Below, in pieces: positions 20,301 through 35,743 of a DNA stretch of 35,743 bases. The notes beneath the pieces are model-generated. The model was not told the origin of the DNA, did no database searches, and saw nothing but the letters and a program-made list of their open reading frames with translations. The stretch is from contig DASUNJ010000528.1 of the NCBI GenBank assembly GCA_036277235.1, positions 1 through 35,743 on the forward strand, given 5' to 3'. How positions within the stretch are numbered: the first letter of the stretch is position 1; the number at the start of each line of letters is the position of its first letter. This DNA comes from Thermoanaerobaculia bacterium (lineage in GTDB: Bacteria; Acidobacteriota; Thermoanaerobaculia; Multivoradales; UBA5704). A program made the translations under genes and the position numbers.

Positions 20301-20680
20301 TAGACCCCGGCCCGTCCGGCGATGCCCTGGGGATCGTAGCCGGCGCTCTCCAGGGCCTCCCAGGCGCATTCGAGGAGCACCCGGTGCTGCGGGTCCATGA
20401 GCTCCGCCTCGCGCGGGTTGAAGCCGAAGAAGAGGTCGTCGAAGGTGTCGTAGCCGTCCATCTGGGAGGCGGCCTTGACCCAGTCCGGATCGGCGAGGCG
20501 CGCCGGGTCGAGGCCGCGCGCCGCGAGCTCCCCGGCGCCGGGGAAGGTTACCGCCTCGACCCCGTCGCGCAGGTTGCGCCAGAGCTCCTCGACGTCGCGG
20601 GCGCCGGGAAACCGCCCGGCCATCCCCACGATGGCGATCTCGGTTCCGGTGAGCCCGCGCGGTGTGTCGTTCTTCGCCAT
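14348..20680 (-). CDS. Hybrid PKS-NRPS: KS-AT-carrier-C-A-T
   Basis: 2110-codon ORF with an ATG start 7 nt downstream of the preceding gene's TAA.
- KS: IAIVGMAGRFPG, VQCACSTSL (Cys present), EAHGTGT, SNVGHL.
- AT: FVFPGQGAQ, GHSLGE; the specificity motif reads FAGH.
- PCP-like carrier: YELGGHSL.
- C domain: MHHTIGDGWS.
- A domain: LAYVIYTSGSTGKPK, SFDNS, NTYGPTE, VKIRGFRVELGEIE, GSGKVDR.
- T domain: FELGGHSL.
There are no reductive domains. Confidence 0.97.
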   Translation of the reverse strand: MAKNDTPRGLTGTEIAIVGMAGRFPGARDVEELWRNLRDGVEAVTFPGAGELAARGLDPARLADPDWVKAASQMDGYDTFDDLFFGFNPREAELMDPQHRVLLECAWEALESAGYDPQGIAGRAGVYAGATLSTYLLFHLIGNPLTAGADPLQVVLGNASDALATRISYKLNLRGPSHSVQCACSTSLVAVHTACQSLLNEECDLALAGGVSIQANAGLGYRYVPGSVVSPDGHCRAFDAAAQGSIFGSGVGLVVLKRLEDALADRDTVRAVILGSAVTNDGSVKVGFTAPGVEGQAAVISEALAMSGVDPTTIGYLEAHGTGTALGDPIEIRAVTRAFGEYTDRRGFCAIGSLKSNVGHLDVAAGVAGLIKTVLAVEHGEVPPSLHYEQPNPRIDFASSPVYVNTALAPWPNQAGDAPRRAGVNSFGLGGTNAHVVLEEAPAPQPALRTRPWQLLTLSARTPEALAAAGERLASHLADRPELDLADAAYTLAAGRQAFGARQALVSRDPGDAAACLAAGDPVRLLTGTSEDWPESGRPVAFVFPGQGAQHVNMGRDLYESEPAFRDEIDRAAALLAPRLGLDLRHDVLYPAANAEAEAEAASHLARTSVAQPALLAVEVALARLLLSWGVRPKAMLGHSLGEYAAAVLAGVFSFEAALELVAERGRLIEQIGSEGTMLAVPLSESEITPFLSGEVHLAALNAPSLVSIAGPAAELAELASRLAGEGVAAMPLQVAFAGHSPRTEPAMAPFQERVAAVGPKAPEIPFVSSTTGTWIGAGEVTDPGYWARHMRQPVRFSDGVEALRAEPGMALLEVGPGAGLSPLIRWHLASPGERPVAAAMRQPKDTSSDLAALLGALGRLWVSGARIDWQGFYAGQGRRRVPLPTYPFERRRHWIDAPGATAVVSTSQPAAPARKARPALRTGYVAPRDLYEREIAYVWQDVLGVAEVGADDNFYELGGHSLLATQVASRLRDTFRAELPLQPLLGAVTLAQAATVVRETLASGAIPGTADEEPRQRIPRRDGAADRAPLSFSQERMWFLDQLDPGTPIYNLFNRVEVSGPLSIPVLGRCLDELVRRHEALRTVFVAEMGMPQQRILPPAPFPFPVVDLAGLPAAARQAEMARLEAAAHNRPFDLARGPIFRATLLVAGPREHVGLFNMHHTIGDGWSWVVLVREIAALYQAFAAGRPSPLPELPIQYADFTAWQREHLQGATLENELGYWRGQLAGAPPPLRLPTDRPRSSGQGFLAGGATRLLPAALAADLKALADREGATLFMLLLAAWKTLLYRYSGEEDLLVGVPIANRTHSEIEGLIGFFLNTLVLRTQAAGDREFRELLGQVREVANGAYAHQDLPLETVLQATNPGHGQQPFSVMFQVQNLPEPQLEFSGLTLRASRAGLNSQLATEIFDLCLVLEPGDEGIAALMIYNARLFEEATIERLLGQLEVLLGGVAAAPERTLDELPLADPAAAAQVLSWSTEKSVTPELPVHLAFARQARTTPGAVALVAGEQGEQEITYEELDRRANRLAHHLRRLGVRPEMPVALSLERSPAMIAALFAILKAGGAYVPMDPALPRERLDFLVADSGVPVLVTEQRLLGAFGEEALSGVRVVCLEADRDRIAACPDGPLADDPDFERLAYVIYTSGSTGKPKGVMVSHGSLASYIAGDCLEYAIGPADRVLQFASISFDNSAEEIYPVLSTGGTLVLRSDAMMRSSADFLAACRARGITLLTLPTAYWHVLAADLTEDIDWPPALRRVIIGGERPLPERLEAWRRHLGTRVHLWNTYGPTECTIGATIGDLAPWLGSTDGMREAPLGRPFAGYRAYVLDLRQEPVPVGVPGELCLGGAGVARGYLGRPDLTAERFLPDPWAAAAGVSGARLYRTGDLVRWLPSGDLEFLGRTDRQVKIRGFRVELGEIEAALALHPALREVAVVAREDRPGELRLVAYAVPHSGRETEVGDLRPFLKERLPDHMVPALYLTLPALPINGSGKVDRRALPAPDASRPALAAEYEAPASPAEEGVAAIWCEVLGVDRVGANDDFFELGGHSLLLPQVMSRLQRDFDVEVPLLDLIEHTTVADLAMTVEDLLMEQIERERAACELREDSVAQPA

Positions 20681-20687
20681 CAGCCCG

Positions 20688-23102
20688 TTAGAGATTGAAA
20701 ACCGTTTTCAGGGAGACCGAGCGTCCGGGAATGCCGAACAGCGGCTGCCGGGGGTTGAAGAAGTCGATCTGGGTGTCGATGTTCTGGTAGACGAAGAAGA
20801 GCTTGGTGCCGTTCTTGAGCTCCCAGGTGACGTCGAACTTCTGGCGCGTGTTCGCGTCCTTCGTCCACTGCCACCAGGCCCGCGCCGCGATCCGGTTCGT
20901 AAAGGCGTAGATGACCTCGCCCAGCACGATGTCCGATTCGAACCGGCCCGCGCTCAGGTTGATCTGCGTGTGCTGGTAGGTGCCGTCGATGATGAGGCCC
21001 GGGATCGGACGGTAGGCGAGGTAGTAGAAGGTCTGGGTGTAGTGGCCGTCGTAGTACTCGCCCCAGGCCACCCGGCCCACCGCGCCCAGCGGCTTCGTGT
21101 AATCGGTCTGGAAGCCGAAGAAGTGGTAGCTGAAATCGTAGTGGCCCGGCTGGATGACGATCCCCTTCTGGATCTCGAACGGCTGTGTGAGGACCTCGGT
21201 CACGATGAAGTACTTGTACGCGAATCCCGACGAGTTCCTGAAGTAGGAGTTGTACTGGATGTGGCTGAACCGGCTCTGGATCTCGTTGGTGGTGCGGTCT
21301 TCGATGTAGTCGTAGTCGTAGGTGAACCAGACCAGCTTGAAGGGGCCCCTCTCCGGCCAGAAGATCCAGAAGTAGTCGGTCCGCAGGCTGCGGATGCCGG
21401 TGCGGCCCATGTAGCCCATCTCGTTGTTGAAGTCTTCGCCGATGTCGATGTACTCGGTGTGCAGACGCAGGTTGCGGGTGTCGTAGTAAAGGTTGGCGGA
21501 GGCCGCGTGATCGGTTCCCTCGAGACCGGGAGTCGAGCTCTGGGCCAGGTAGCCGCCGCCCCGCAGGTTCTTGGCCAGGAGGATGTCCCAGTCCGCGCCG
21601 AAGGTCCGGTTGTGATAGCCGTCGTAGTCCTTCGAAAGCCCGATGAGGCCGAACGTGGAGCCGTTGCCCAGGTCGCGCTTCACCCGCCCGACGGTGAAGT
21701 TCGTCCGCGGCGCTTCGATGAACCCGCCGTAGCCGTCGGCCATCCTGATGTCCTCGGTCTGCACGGCCAGGGCGCCTACGCTGTATTTCCCCACCTGGCC
21801 GGTCAGCTTGGCGCCGCCGAGGATGGGGATCGGTGCCCGGCCGTCGTCGGAGAGGCCGATCCTGCGGCTGAAGAAGAGGTAGTACTCGGAGGCGTGCTCG
21901 GGATCGGGCCGCTGCCCGGCGTAGAAGGAGCTCGCACCCTCGAGGAAGAAGGACCGCTTCTCCGGGAAGAACAGCGGGTTGCGGGTCAGGTTGACCTCCT
22001 GCTGGTCGGCCTCGGTCTCCGAGAAATCGGTCTTGTAGGTCAGGTCGGCCACCAGGTCGGAGGACAGGTTGATCTTCAGGTCGCCGCCGATGTCGGTGAT
22101 GCTGGATGTCGAATCCTTGAAGTCATGCCGCTCGGCGCCGCCGACGACGTAGGGCGCGAAGTGGTAGCGGCTTCCCGGGCGCACGCCTTCCATGCCGACG
22201 AGCGTGCCGGCCTCGGACATCTTCCAGCGCGCGTACCAGGATTTCGTGGGGAGCTTCCAGAAGGTCCGCTCCTGCTTGCGGGCCACCAGCCGCTCGATCA
22301 TGATCCCCCACTCCTGCTCCGGCCTTTCGGGGAAACGCAGGGAGCGCCAGGGGATCTCCATCTCGGTCGACCAGCCGCCGGCGTCCTTGGAGCCGCGCAC
22401 GTTCCAGACCGCGTCCCACTCGAGGCTGATCTGCTCGCCCTCGCTGCGGACCAGGCCGTCGACCTGCACCCCTCCGGAGTTGGTGACGAAGAGATAGGCG
22501 CTGCGCCTGTCGCGGAAGGTGTCGAAGAGGATCTGGACCGTGTCGTCGTAGGTCATGTCGCTGTCGCGCGTCAGCGTCGTGGTGACGATCTTCTTGGGCT
22601 CTGAGTCGTGGCAACGGATGCCGATGTAGAGGTGGTTCTGGTCGTAGCCCAGGAAGACCTCTGTCGCCTCGGTCGCCGGCTTGCCGTCGTACGGCTCGAG
22701 CTGGAGGAAGTCGGTGAGGTGCTCCGCCGTCTTCCAGACCGCGTCGTCCAGGCGGCCGTCGATCACCGGCGCGGTTTCGAACCGGGCCGGCCGGGCGACG
22801 AAGTTGCCCAGCGGCGCAGGGGCGGGCGCGAGGGTAGCACCCTTCTCCGCGGGCGGAGCCGGAGTATCGAGAACCTCTTCCTTGACCGGCGAAGCCGGAG
22901 GGGTGGCACCCTCCTCCTGCTCCGGCGCAACCGTTGGGGCGGCAGCTTCCTCCTGCTCCTGCACGGGCGAAGGAGGTGGAGGTGGAGCCTCCTCCTGCTG
23001 CTGCGCGAACAGGGCCCAGGGCAGGGCCAGGGCGAGAGTGGCCGCCAACCATGGGGCCCGGCGGTGGGCCGGCCTCACGACGGTGGTGTTTTCGGGTCCC
23101 AT
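20688..23102 (-). CDS. Secreted CBM9-like / DUF5916-family protein, a putative outer-membrane beta-barrel
   Basis: 804-codon ORF with AGGAGG 8 nt upstream of the ATG at 23102. Signal-peptide-like N-terminus (RRAPWLAATLALALPWALFAQQQ) followed by a ~75-aa Pro/Glu/Ala-rich linker. Next comes a block (APVIDGRLDDAVWKTAEHLTDFLQLEPYDGKPATEATEVFLGYDQNHLYIGIRCHD) that I recognise as the carbohydrate-binding-family-9-like head of DUF5916 proteins. The remainder is long and Tyr/Phe/Asn/Thr-rich with alternating beta-strand character, ending ...SLKTVFNL. The family assignment is from memory, not a search. Confidence 0.75.
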   Translation of the reverse strand: MGPENTTVVRPAHRRAPWLAATLALALPWALFAQQQEEAPPPPPSPVQEQEEAAAPTVAPEQEEGATPPASPVKEEVLDTPAPPAEKGATLAPAPAPLGNFVARPARFETAPVIDGRLDDAVWKTAEHLTDFLQLEPYDGKPATEATEVFLGYDQNHLYIGIRCHDSEPKKIVTTTLTRDSDMTYDDTVQILFDTFRDRRSAYLFVTNSGGVQVDGLVRSEGEQISLEWDAVWNVRGSKDAGGWSTEMEIPWRSLRFPERPEQEWGIMIERLVARKQERTFWKLPTKSWYARWKMSEAGTLVGMEGVRPGSRYHFAPYVVGGAERHDFKDSTSSITDIGGDLKINLSSDLVADLTYKTDFSETEADQQEVNLTRNPLFFPEKRSFFLEGASSFYAGQRPDPEHASEYYLFFSRRIGLSDDGRAPIPILGGAKLTGQVGKYSVGALAVQTEDIRMADGYGGFIEAPRTNFTVGRVKRDLGNGSTFGLIGLSKDYDGYHNRTFGADWDILLAKNLRGGGYLAQSSTPGLEGTDHAASANLYYDTRNLRLHTEYIDIGEDFNNEMGYMGRTGIRSLRTDYFWIFWPERGPFKLVWFTYDYDYIEDRTTNEIQSRFSHIQYNSYFRNSSGFAYKYFIVTEVLTQPFEIQKGIVIQPGHYDFSYHFFGFQTDYTKPLGAVGRVAWGEYYDGHYTQTFYYLAYRPIPGLIIDGTYQHTQINLSAGRFESDIVLGEVIYAFTNRIAARAWWQWTKDANTRQKFDVTWELKNGTKLFFVYQNIDTQIDFFNPRQPLFGIPGRSVSLKTVFNL

Positions 23103-23205
23103 GGGATCGTTCCTCCTTCTATCAGCTCAGGAGCGTGCAGGATGTTGAAGTGGGTGCGCGGCTTCCTCCGCATGCCGCGCTCGTGGCCGTCTTCGTTCGC
23201 TCGCG

Positions 23206-23655
23206 CTAGTCCGCGGCGCTCGTCACGAGCACCTCGCCATATCGCCGCTGCGCGATCCCCTTGCCGCGGTGGACCAGGACGGCTTCGATGTACTCAGGCC
23301 TGAACCAGTCCTTGATGAATTTCTCCACGTCGGTCCGGTCGAAGTCCTTGCAGGAGTAGACGTCGATGCTGATGAAGCGGTTGTTGGCCGAGGTATGGAT
23401 CTGGATGCCGCTCTCGATGATCGGAACCCAGCCGCTGTAGCCCGGCTTGCCCGGGAACGTCGTTTCGCAAGTCTTGAAAATGTAGGGTTGCGTCTGCTTG
23501 GTCATCTTGAGGTGCACGCAGATCTTATCAAGGAACTCATACCCCTTGTCGAGATCGCAACAGACGTCGGGGGCACAGCCAAAGCAATCGATGATCAGTT
23601 GGAATCCCCAGGCGTCGTCGAGCTTGGTCTGGGAACTCAGTTGCAGGTTCGACAT
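23206..23655 (-). CDS. S-adenosylmethionine decarboxylase-fold (SpeD/SpeH-like) pyruvoyl-dependent decarboxylase proenzyme homologue; substrate unknown
   Basis: The track ORF (23206..23775) starts at a GTG with no RBS. The in-frame ATG at 23655 is preceded by AAGGGAGGA with a 3-nt spacer (ATC), giving a 149-aa product typical of the family. The translation matches the small bacterial AdoMetDC consensus as I remember it:
- WGFQLIIDCFGC....L.D
- GYSGWVPIIESGIQIHT, containing the Glu-Ser self-cleavage site and the His five residues later
- ISIDVYSCKDFD, the catalytic Cys
- VLVHRG. Confidence 0.8.
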   Translation of the reverse strand: MSNLQLSSQTKLDDAWGFQLIIDCFGCAPDVCCDLDKGYEFLDKICVHLKMTKQTQPYIFKTCETTFPGKPGYSGWVPIIESGIQIHTSANNRFISIDVYSCKDFDRTDVEKFIKDWFRPEYIEAVLVHRGKGIAQRRYGEVLVTSAAD

Positions 23656-23782
23656 GATTCCTCCCTTTGATGGCGGATAGTGCAAATAAGAGTCAACCCC
23701 ACCGGACCTCTCGCTGGATTCGCGAGGCCCGGGCCCATCCTTACTAAGTGCTTTGACACAGGGCAGAAGGGACACATGCGCA

Positions 23783-33628
<9,846 letters not shown>

Positions 33629-34420
33629 GCGGAGACCTCCCGGGTACTACTACGCAAAAAAAGAGAAAAGACGCCCCGACAATTTACTCTCGACACAGAT
33701 ATCGCGATTACCCGAAGGACGCTCCCGAACGGGGGGCCGCAGTATAGAGCATCGGCTATTCTGAATGCTAGGTGCGTCTGCGACCCATAAATGGGACACT
33801 GAGGGCGGGAATCGCTGCTCCGGCCCCCCTCCGGGCCCGAAATATCTCCACGGATGTCGCAACGGCAGGGCCGAGTGTCGCGTTGTCATCTCGATATGGC
33901 GCGCAAAAACCTATAGCCGTTACATCGTAGCCGTTCCGCGCCGCACCGGCAGAGCAGCGGGGCTCTCTTGTGTCCCTCATGTCGCACCCAAGCCCTGGGA
34001 CACTCCCCCGATCCCTACGATGTAGCAGAGACGGCGCGGCATGTCTCGCTGCCATCCTGTCATGTCGCCACGTCTGTCCTCTACGTAGCGGAGACGCGGA
34101 TGGATGTCTCAGCTTGATCGCGAGATGTAGCGCTGAGAGGAATCTGTGTCGCGCCGTCTCTGCTTGGTATCGCTTCCTGCGCCCATCATGGCGCATTCTA
34201 TCCCTGCGGCGTAGCGTTATGTGGCCAAAATGGCGCACAATGGGCAAGAGGGAACATCCCGTGTGGACACGCAGTGACCACTTGTAGTAGGGTTGCAGAA
34301 GAATAAGTTGTAGGTGCGACGTCAACGTCTTAGGGTGCGACACTCTGCGCTGCTTCGGAGGCCGGCCAGGACATCGTTGGCGCACATTCGACCCACTCTG
34401 CGCCAAAGGAGGCCTTCGAG
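33629..34420. promoter_or_regulatory. Divergent intergenic/promoter region between the biosynthetic operon (minus) and a 166-aa gene (plus). It is AT-richer than its flanks and dense in short repeats.
   Basis: 792 bp with no convincing ORF. Both flanking genes have good Shine-Dalgarno sequences at its edges: GGGAGG before the GTG at 33628 and AAAGGAGG before the ATG at 34421. Repeated motifs are listed in the findings. I could not assign confident -35/-10 hexamers. Confidence 0.55.
34024..34164. repeat. 15-bp perfect inverted repeat (34024-34038 AGCAGAGACGGCGCG / 34150-34164 CGCGCCGTCTCTGCT) enclosing 111 nt, overlapping the first and enclosing the second of two GAGAC-N10-GTCTC palindromes
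   Basis: Read directly from the sequence. GAGAC(34028-32)...GTCTC(34043-47) and GAGAC(34091-95)...GTCTC(34106-10) are 63 bp apart, each preceded by (A/C)GTAGC. Either a structured RNA or an operator array is possible. Confidence 0.7.
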
Positions 34421-34921
34421 ATGGCTCTGAACCTGTCCATCGCCCAGATGCTCGCGAAGCTGGACGCGAAAGTCGCGCACCACGAGGAGCGCAAGGCGTT
34501 CCACGCGGAGCAGGAGCTGATTCACCGCGACCAGACGGCGGTGCACGCCGCCGAGCTCGAAGCCTCGCTCGCGCACCGCGAGGCTTTCAGGGCCGCTTCG
34601 CACTCGGCGGGCGAGCTGCTGGAGCGCGACGGCTCCCTGGCGAAGCCTTCGGCCGAGCCGGACGCGGAAGGAGACTTCACGGGCAAGAGGTCGCTGAGCC
34701 GGATGGTCGCGAAGGTCGTGGAAGACCTGCCCCCGGACAAGACCTTCGGAGCCCGCGCCGTCACCCGCGAGCTCCAGGAGCGCTGGGGCGCGAAGCTCCG
34801 CCGCCGGCCCGATCCCAGAAGTGTCGCCGCCACCCTGCGCCGTTGGGGAGTGGCGGGGCGCATCCATCAGATCCGGGAGGGGCGGGCGTACAACGAGTCT
34901 CTGTACAGGAAGGTGCCGTAG
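34421..34921 (+). CDS. Hypothetical protein (166 aa) with a helical/coiled-coil-like N-terminal half and a basic C-terminal half
   Basis: ATG at 34421 with AAAGGAGG 8 nt upstream. Codon usage is GC3-rich like the flanking genes, and no competing ORF has a better signal. I recognise no family motif. Confidence 0.65.
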   Translation: MALNLSIAQMLAKLDAKVAHHEERKAFHAEQELIHRDQTAVHAAELEASLAHREAFRAASHSAGELLERDGSLAKPSAEPDAEGDFTGKRSLSRMVAKVVEDLPPDKTFGARAVTRELQERWGAKLRRRPDPRSVAATLRRWGVAGRIHQIREGRAYNESLYRKVP

Positions 34922-34944
34922 CGGAGAGAGGAACCGGAACAGGG

Positions 34945-35743
34945 TCAAGCCTGGATGCAGGTCGACAGCCGGTCGAGCAAGTCATAGAGGACCTGGGGAG
35001 CGACCGGCTTGGTCAGGTGATGGTCGAAGCCTGCCTCGCGCGCGCGGCGCTGGTCCTCCTCCTGCCCGTAGCCGGTCAGGGCGACGAGCAGCGCCTTTGC
35101 GGTTTGCGGCAGCTTGCGGAGCTCGCTGGCGACTTGATAGCCATCCAGCCCGGGCAGGCCGATATCCAGCACGATGACATCGGATTGTGACGAGACGGCC
35201 CTCTCCAGCGCCGTATGGCCGTCGTAAACGGCCTCGACTTCGTGGCCCCGCAGGCGCAGGAGGAGGGCGAGGCTGTCGGCCGAATCCACGTTGTCGTCGA
35301 CCACCAGGATGCGGCACGGCGCCGACGCGCGCGCCGGCCGTGCGTCTGCATTGCGGTGTCGCTCCGCCTCCGCGTCCGCAGGGGGCAGGATGGGCAGGCG
35401 GACCACGAGCTCGCTTCCCAGTCCGTGTCCCGCACTGTGGGCTGCGACGCTGCCGCCGTGCAGCTCGACGAGGCGGCGCGCCAGCGTCAGGCCGATTCCC
35501 AACCCCCCCCGCGACCGATCGAGCGAGCGGTCCGCCTGCATGAACAGGTCGAAGACGCGCGGCAACAGGTCCGGCGCGATGCCCACGCCCGTGTCGCGCA
35601 CGCGGAGGACCACCTCATCGCCCTCGCGGGCCGCGGTCAGCCAGATGTGGCCGGCCCGTTCGGTGTACTTGGCGGCATTGTTGAGCAGGTTGCTCAGCAC
35701 TTGCCCGAGCCGCACGACGTCCGCCTCGATCCGCACTGGTTCG
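34945..35743 (-). CDS. Hybrid sensor histidine kinase, C-terminal part (HATPase_c plus receiver domain); the 5' end lies beyond the window
   Basis: The translation shows:
- N box: VLSNLLNNAAKY
- G1: RDTGVGI
- F box: FDLF
- G2: GGLGIGLTLARRLVELHGG
- REC domain: ILVVDDN ... DVIVLDIGLPGLDG ... LTGYG ... HLTKP
The reading frame stays open to the window edge upstream of the GTG listed in the track. Confidence 0.9.
   Translation of the reverse strand, partial: EPVRIEADVVRLGQVLSNLLNNAAKYTERAGHIWLTAAREGDEVVLRVRDTGVGIAPDLLPRVFDLFMQADRSLDRSRGGLGIGLTLARRLVELHGGSVAAHSAGHGLGSELVVRLPILPPADAEAERHRNADARPARASAPCRILVVDDNVDSADSLALLLRLRGHEVEAVYDGHTALERAVSSQSDVIVLDIGLPGLDGYQVASELRKLPQTAKALLVALTGYGQEEDQRRAREAGFDHHLTKPVAPQVLYDLLDRLSTCIQA

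Noticed and set aside
23656-23775. The 40-codon N-terminal extension of the AdoMetDC-like ORF as given in the track (GTG at 23775).
   Set aside because: No RBS precedes it, and the extension (MSLLPCVKALSKDGPGPRESSERSGG...) has no counterpart in the family. The internal ATG at 23655 has a near-perfect Shine-Dalgarno sequence and yields the expected length.
23656-23782. A possible internal promoter (TTGACT on the minus strand at 23691-23696) and a terminator-like hairpin between the first megasynthase and the AdoMetDC-like gene.
   Set aside because: No -10 hexamer lies at a proper 16-18-nt spacing. The hairpin has only a ~5-bp stem with a bulge and no following U-tract. The evidence is too weak to annotate.
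33768-34406. 212-aa minus-strand ORF and 105-aa plus-strand ORF (33970..34287) filling the intergenic region.
   Set aside because: The translations are Arg/His- or Cys-rich and show periodicities that merely mirror the DNA repeats. Neither has an RBS, and the composition is unlike the neighbouring genes. I treat the region as non-coding, though a small peptide cannot be fully excluded.
33629-34420. A tRNA, tmRNA or known riboswitch in the long intergenic region.
   Set aside because: I could not build a cloverleaf or recognise any riboswitch core by eye. The repeats are reported as an unexplained structure rather than a named RNA gene.
34922-34944. A bidirectional terminator between the convergent 166-aa gene and the histidine kinase.
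   Set aside because: The gap is 23 nt and contains no GC-rich stem or T-run.

Overview
High-GC window from a probable Gram-negative bacterium (any phylum guess would be speculative). One minus-strand operon of about 33.6 kb (1..33628) dominates it and encodes a hybrid NRPS-PKS assembly line. In transcription order the genes are: (1) a 3281-aa FAAL-ACP-C-A-T-KS-AT-KR-CP megasynthase; (2) a small pyruvoyl-type AdoMetDC-fold (SpeD/SpeH-like) protein; (3) an 804-aa secreted CBM9/DUF5916-like putative outer-membrane barrel; (4) a 2110-aa KS-AT-CP-C-A-T protein; (5) a 4580-aa A-T-C-A-T-C-A-T-C-A-T-C-TE NRPS; (6) a translationally coupled penicillin/AHL-acylase-family gene that runs off the left edge and is absent from the supplied ORF track. 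Upstream lies a ~790-bp AT-richer, repeat-dense intergenic region. Beyond it are a divergent 166-aa hypothetical gene and a convergent partial hybrid histidine kinase. Points worth a second look:
- a 95-bp in-frame palindrome of 9-mers inside an adenylation domain
- a KS whose active-site Cys is Ser
- an adenylation domain lacking the alpha-amino-binding Asp
- a C-less start and a carrier-less C-TE end in the large NRPS
- the AdoMetDC-fold enzyme and the barrel protein embedded between synthetase genes
- nested inverted and direct repeats in the promoter region
The many long plus-strand ORFs antisense to the synthetases are high-GC artefacts. All domain calls come from reading motifs by eye; no searches were run.
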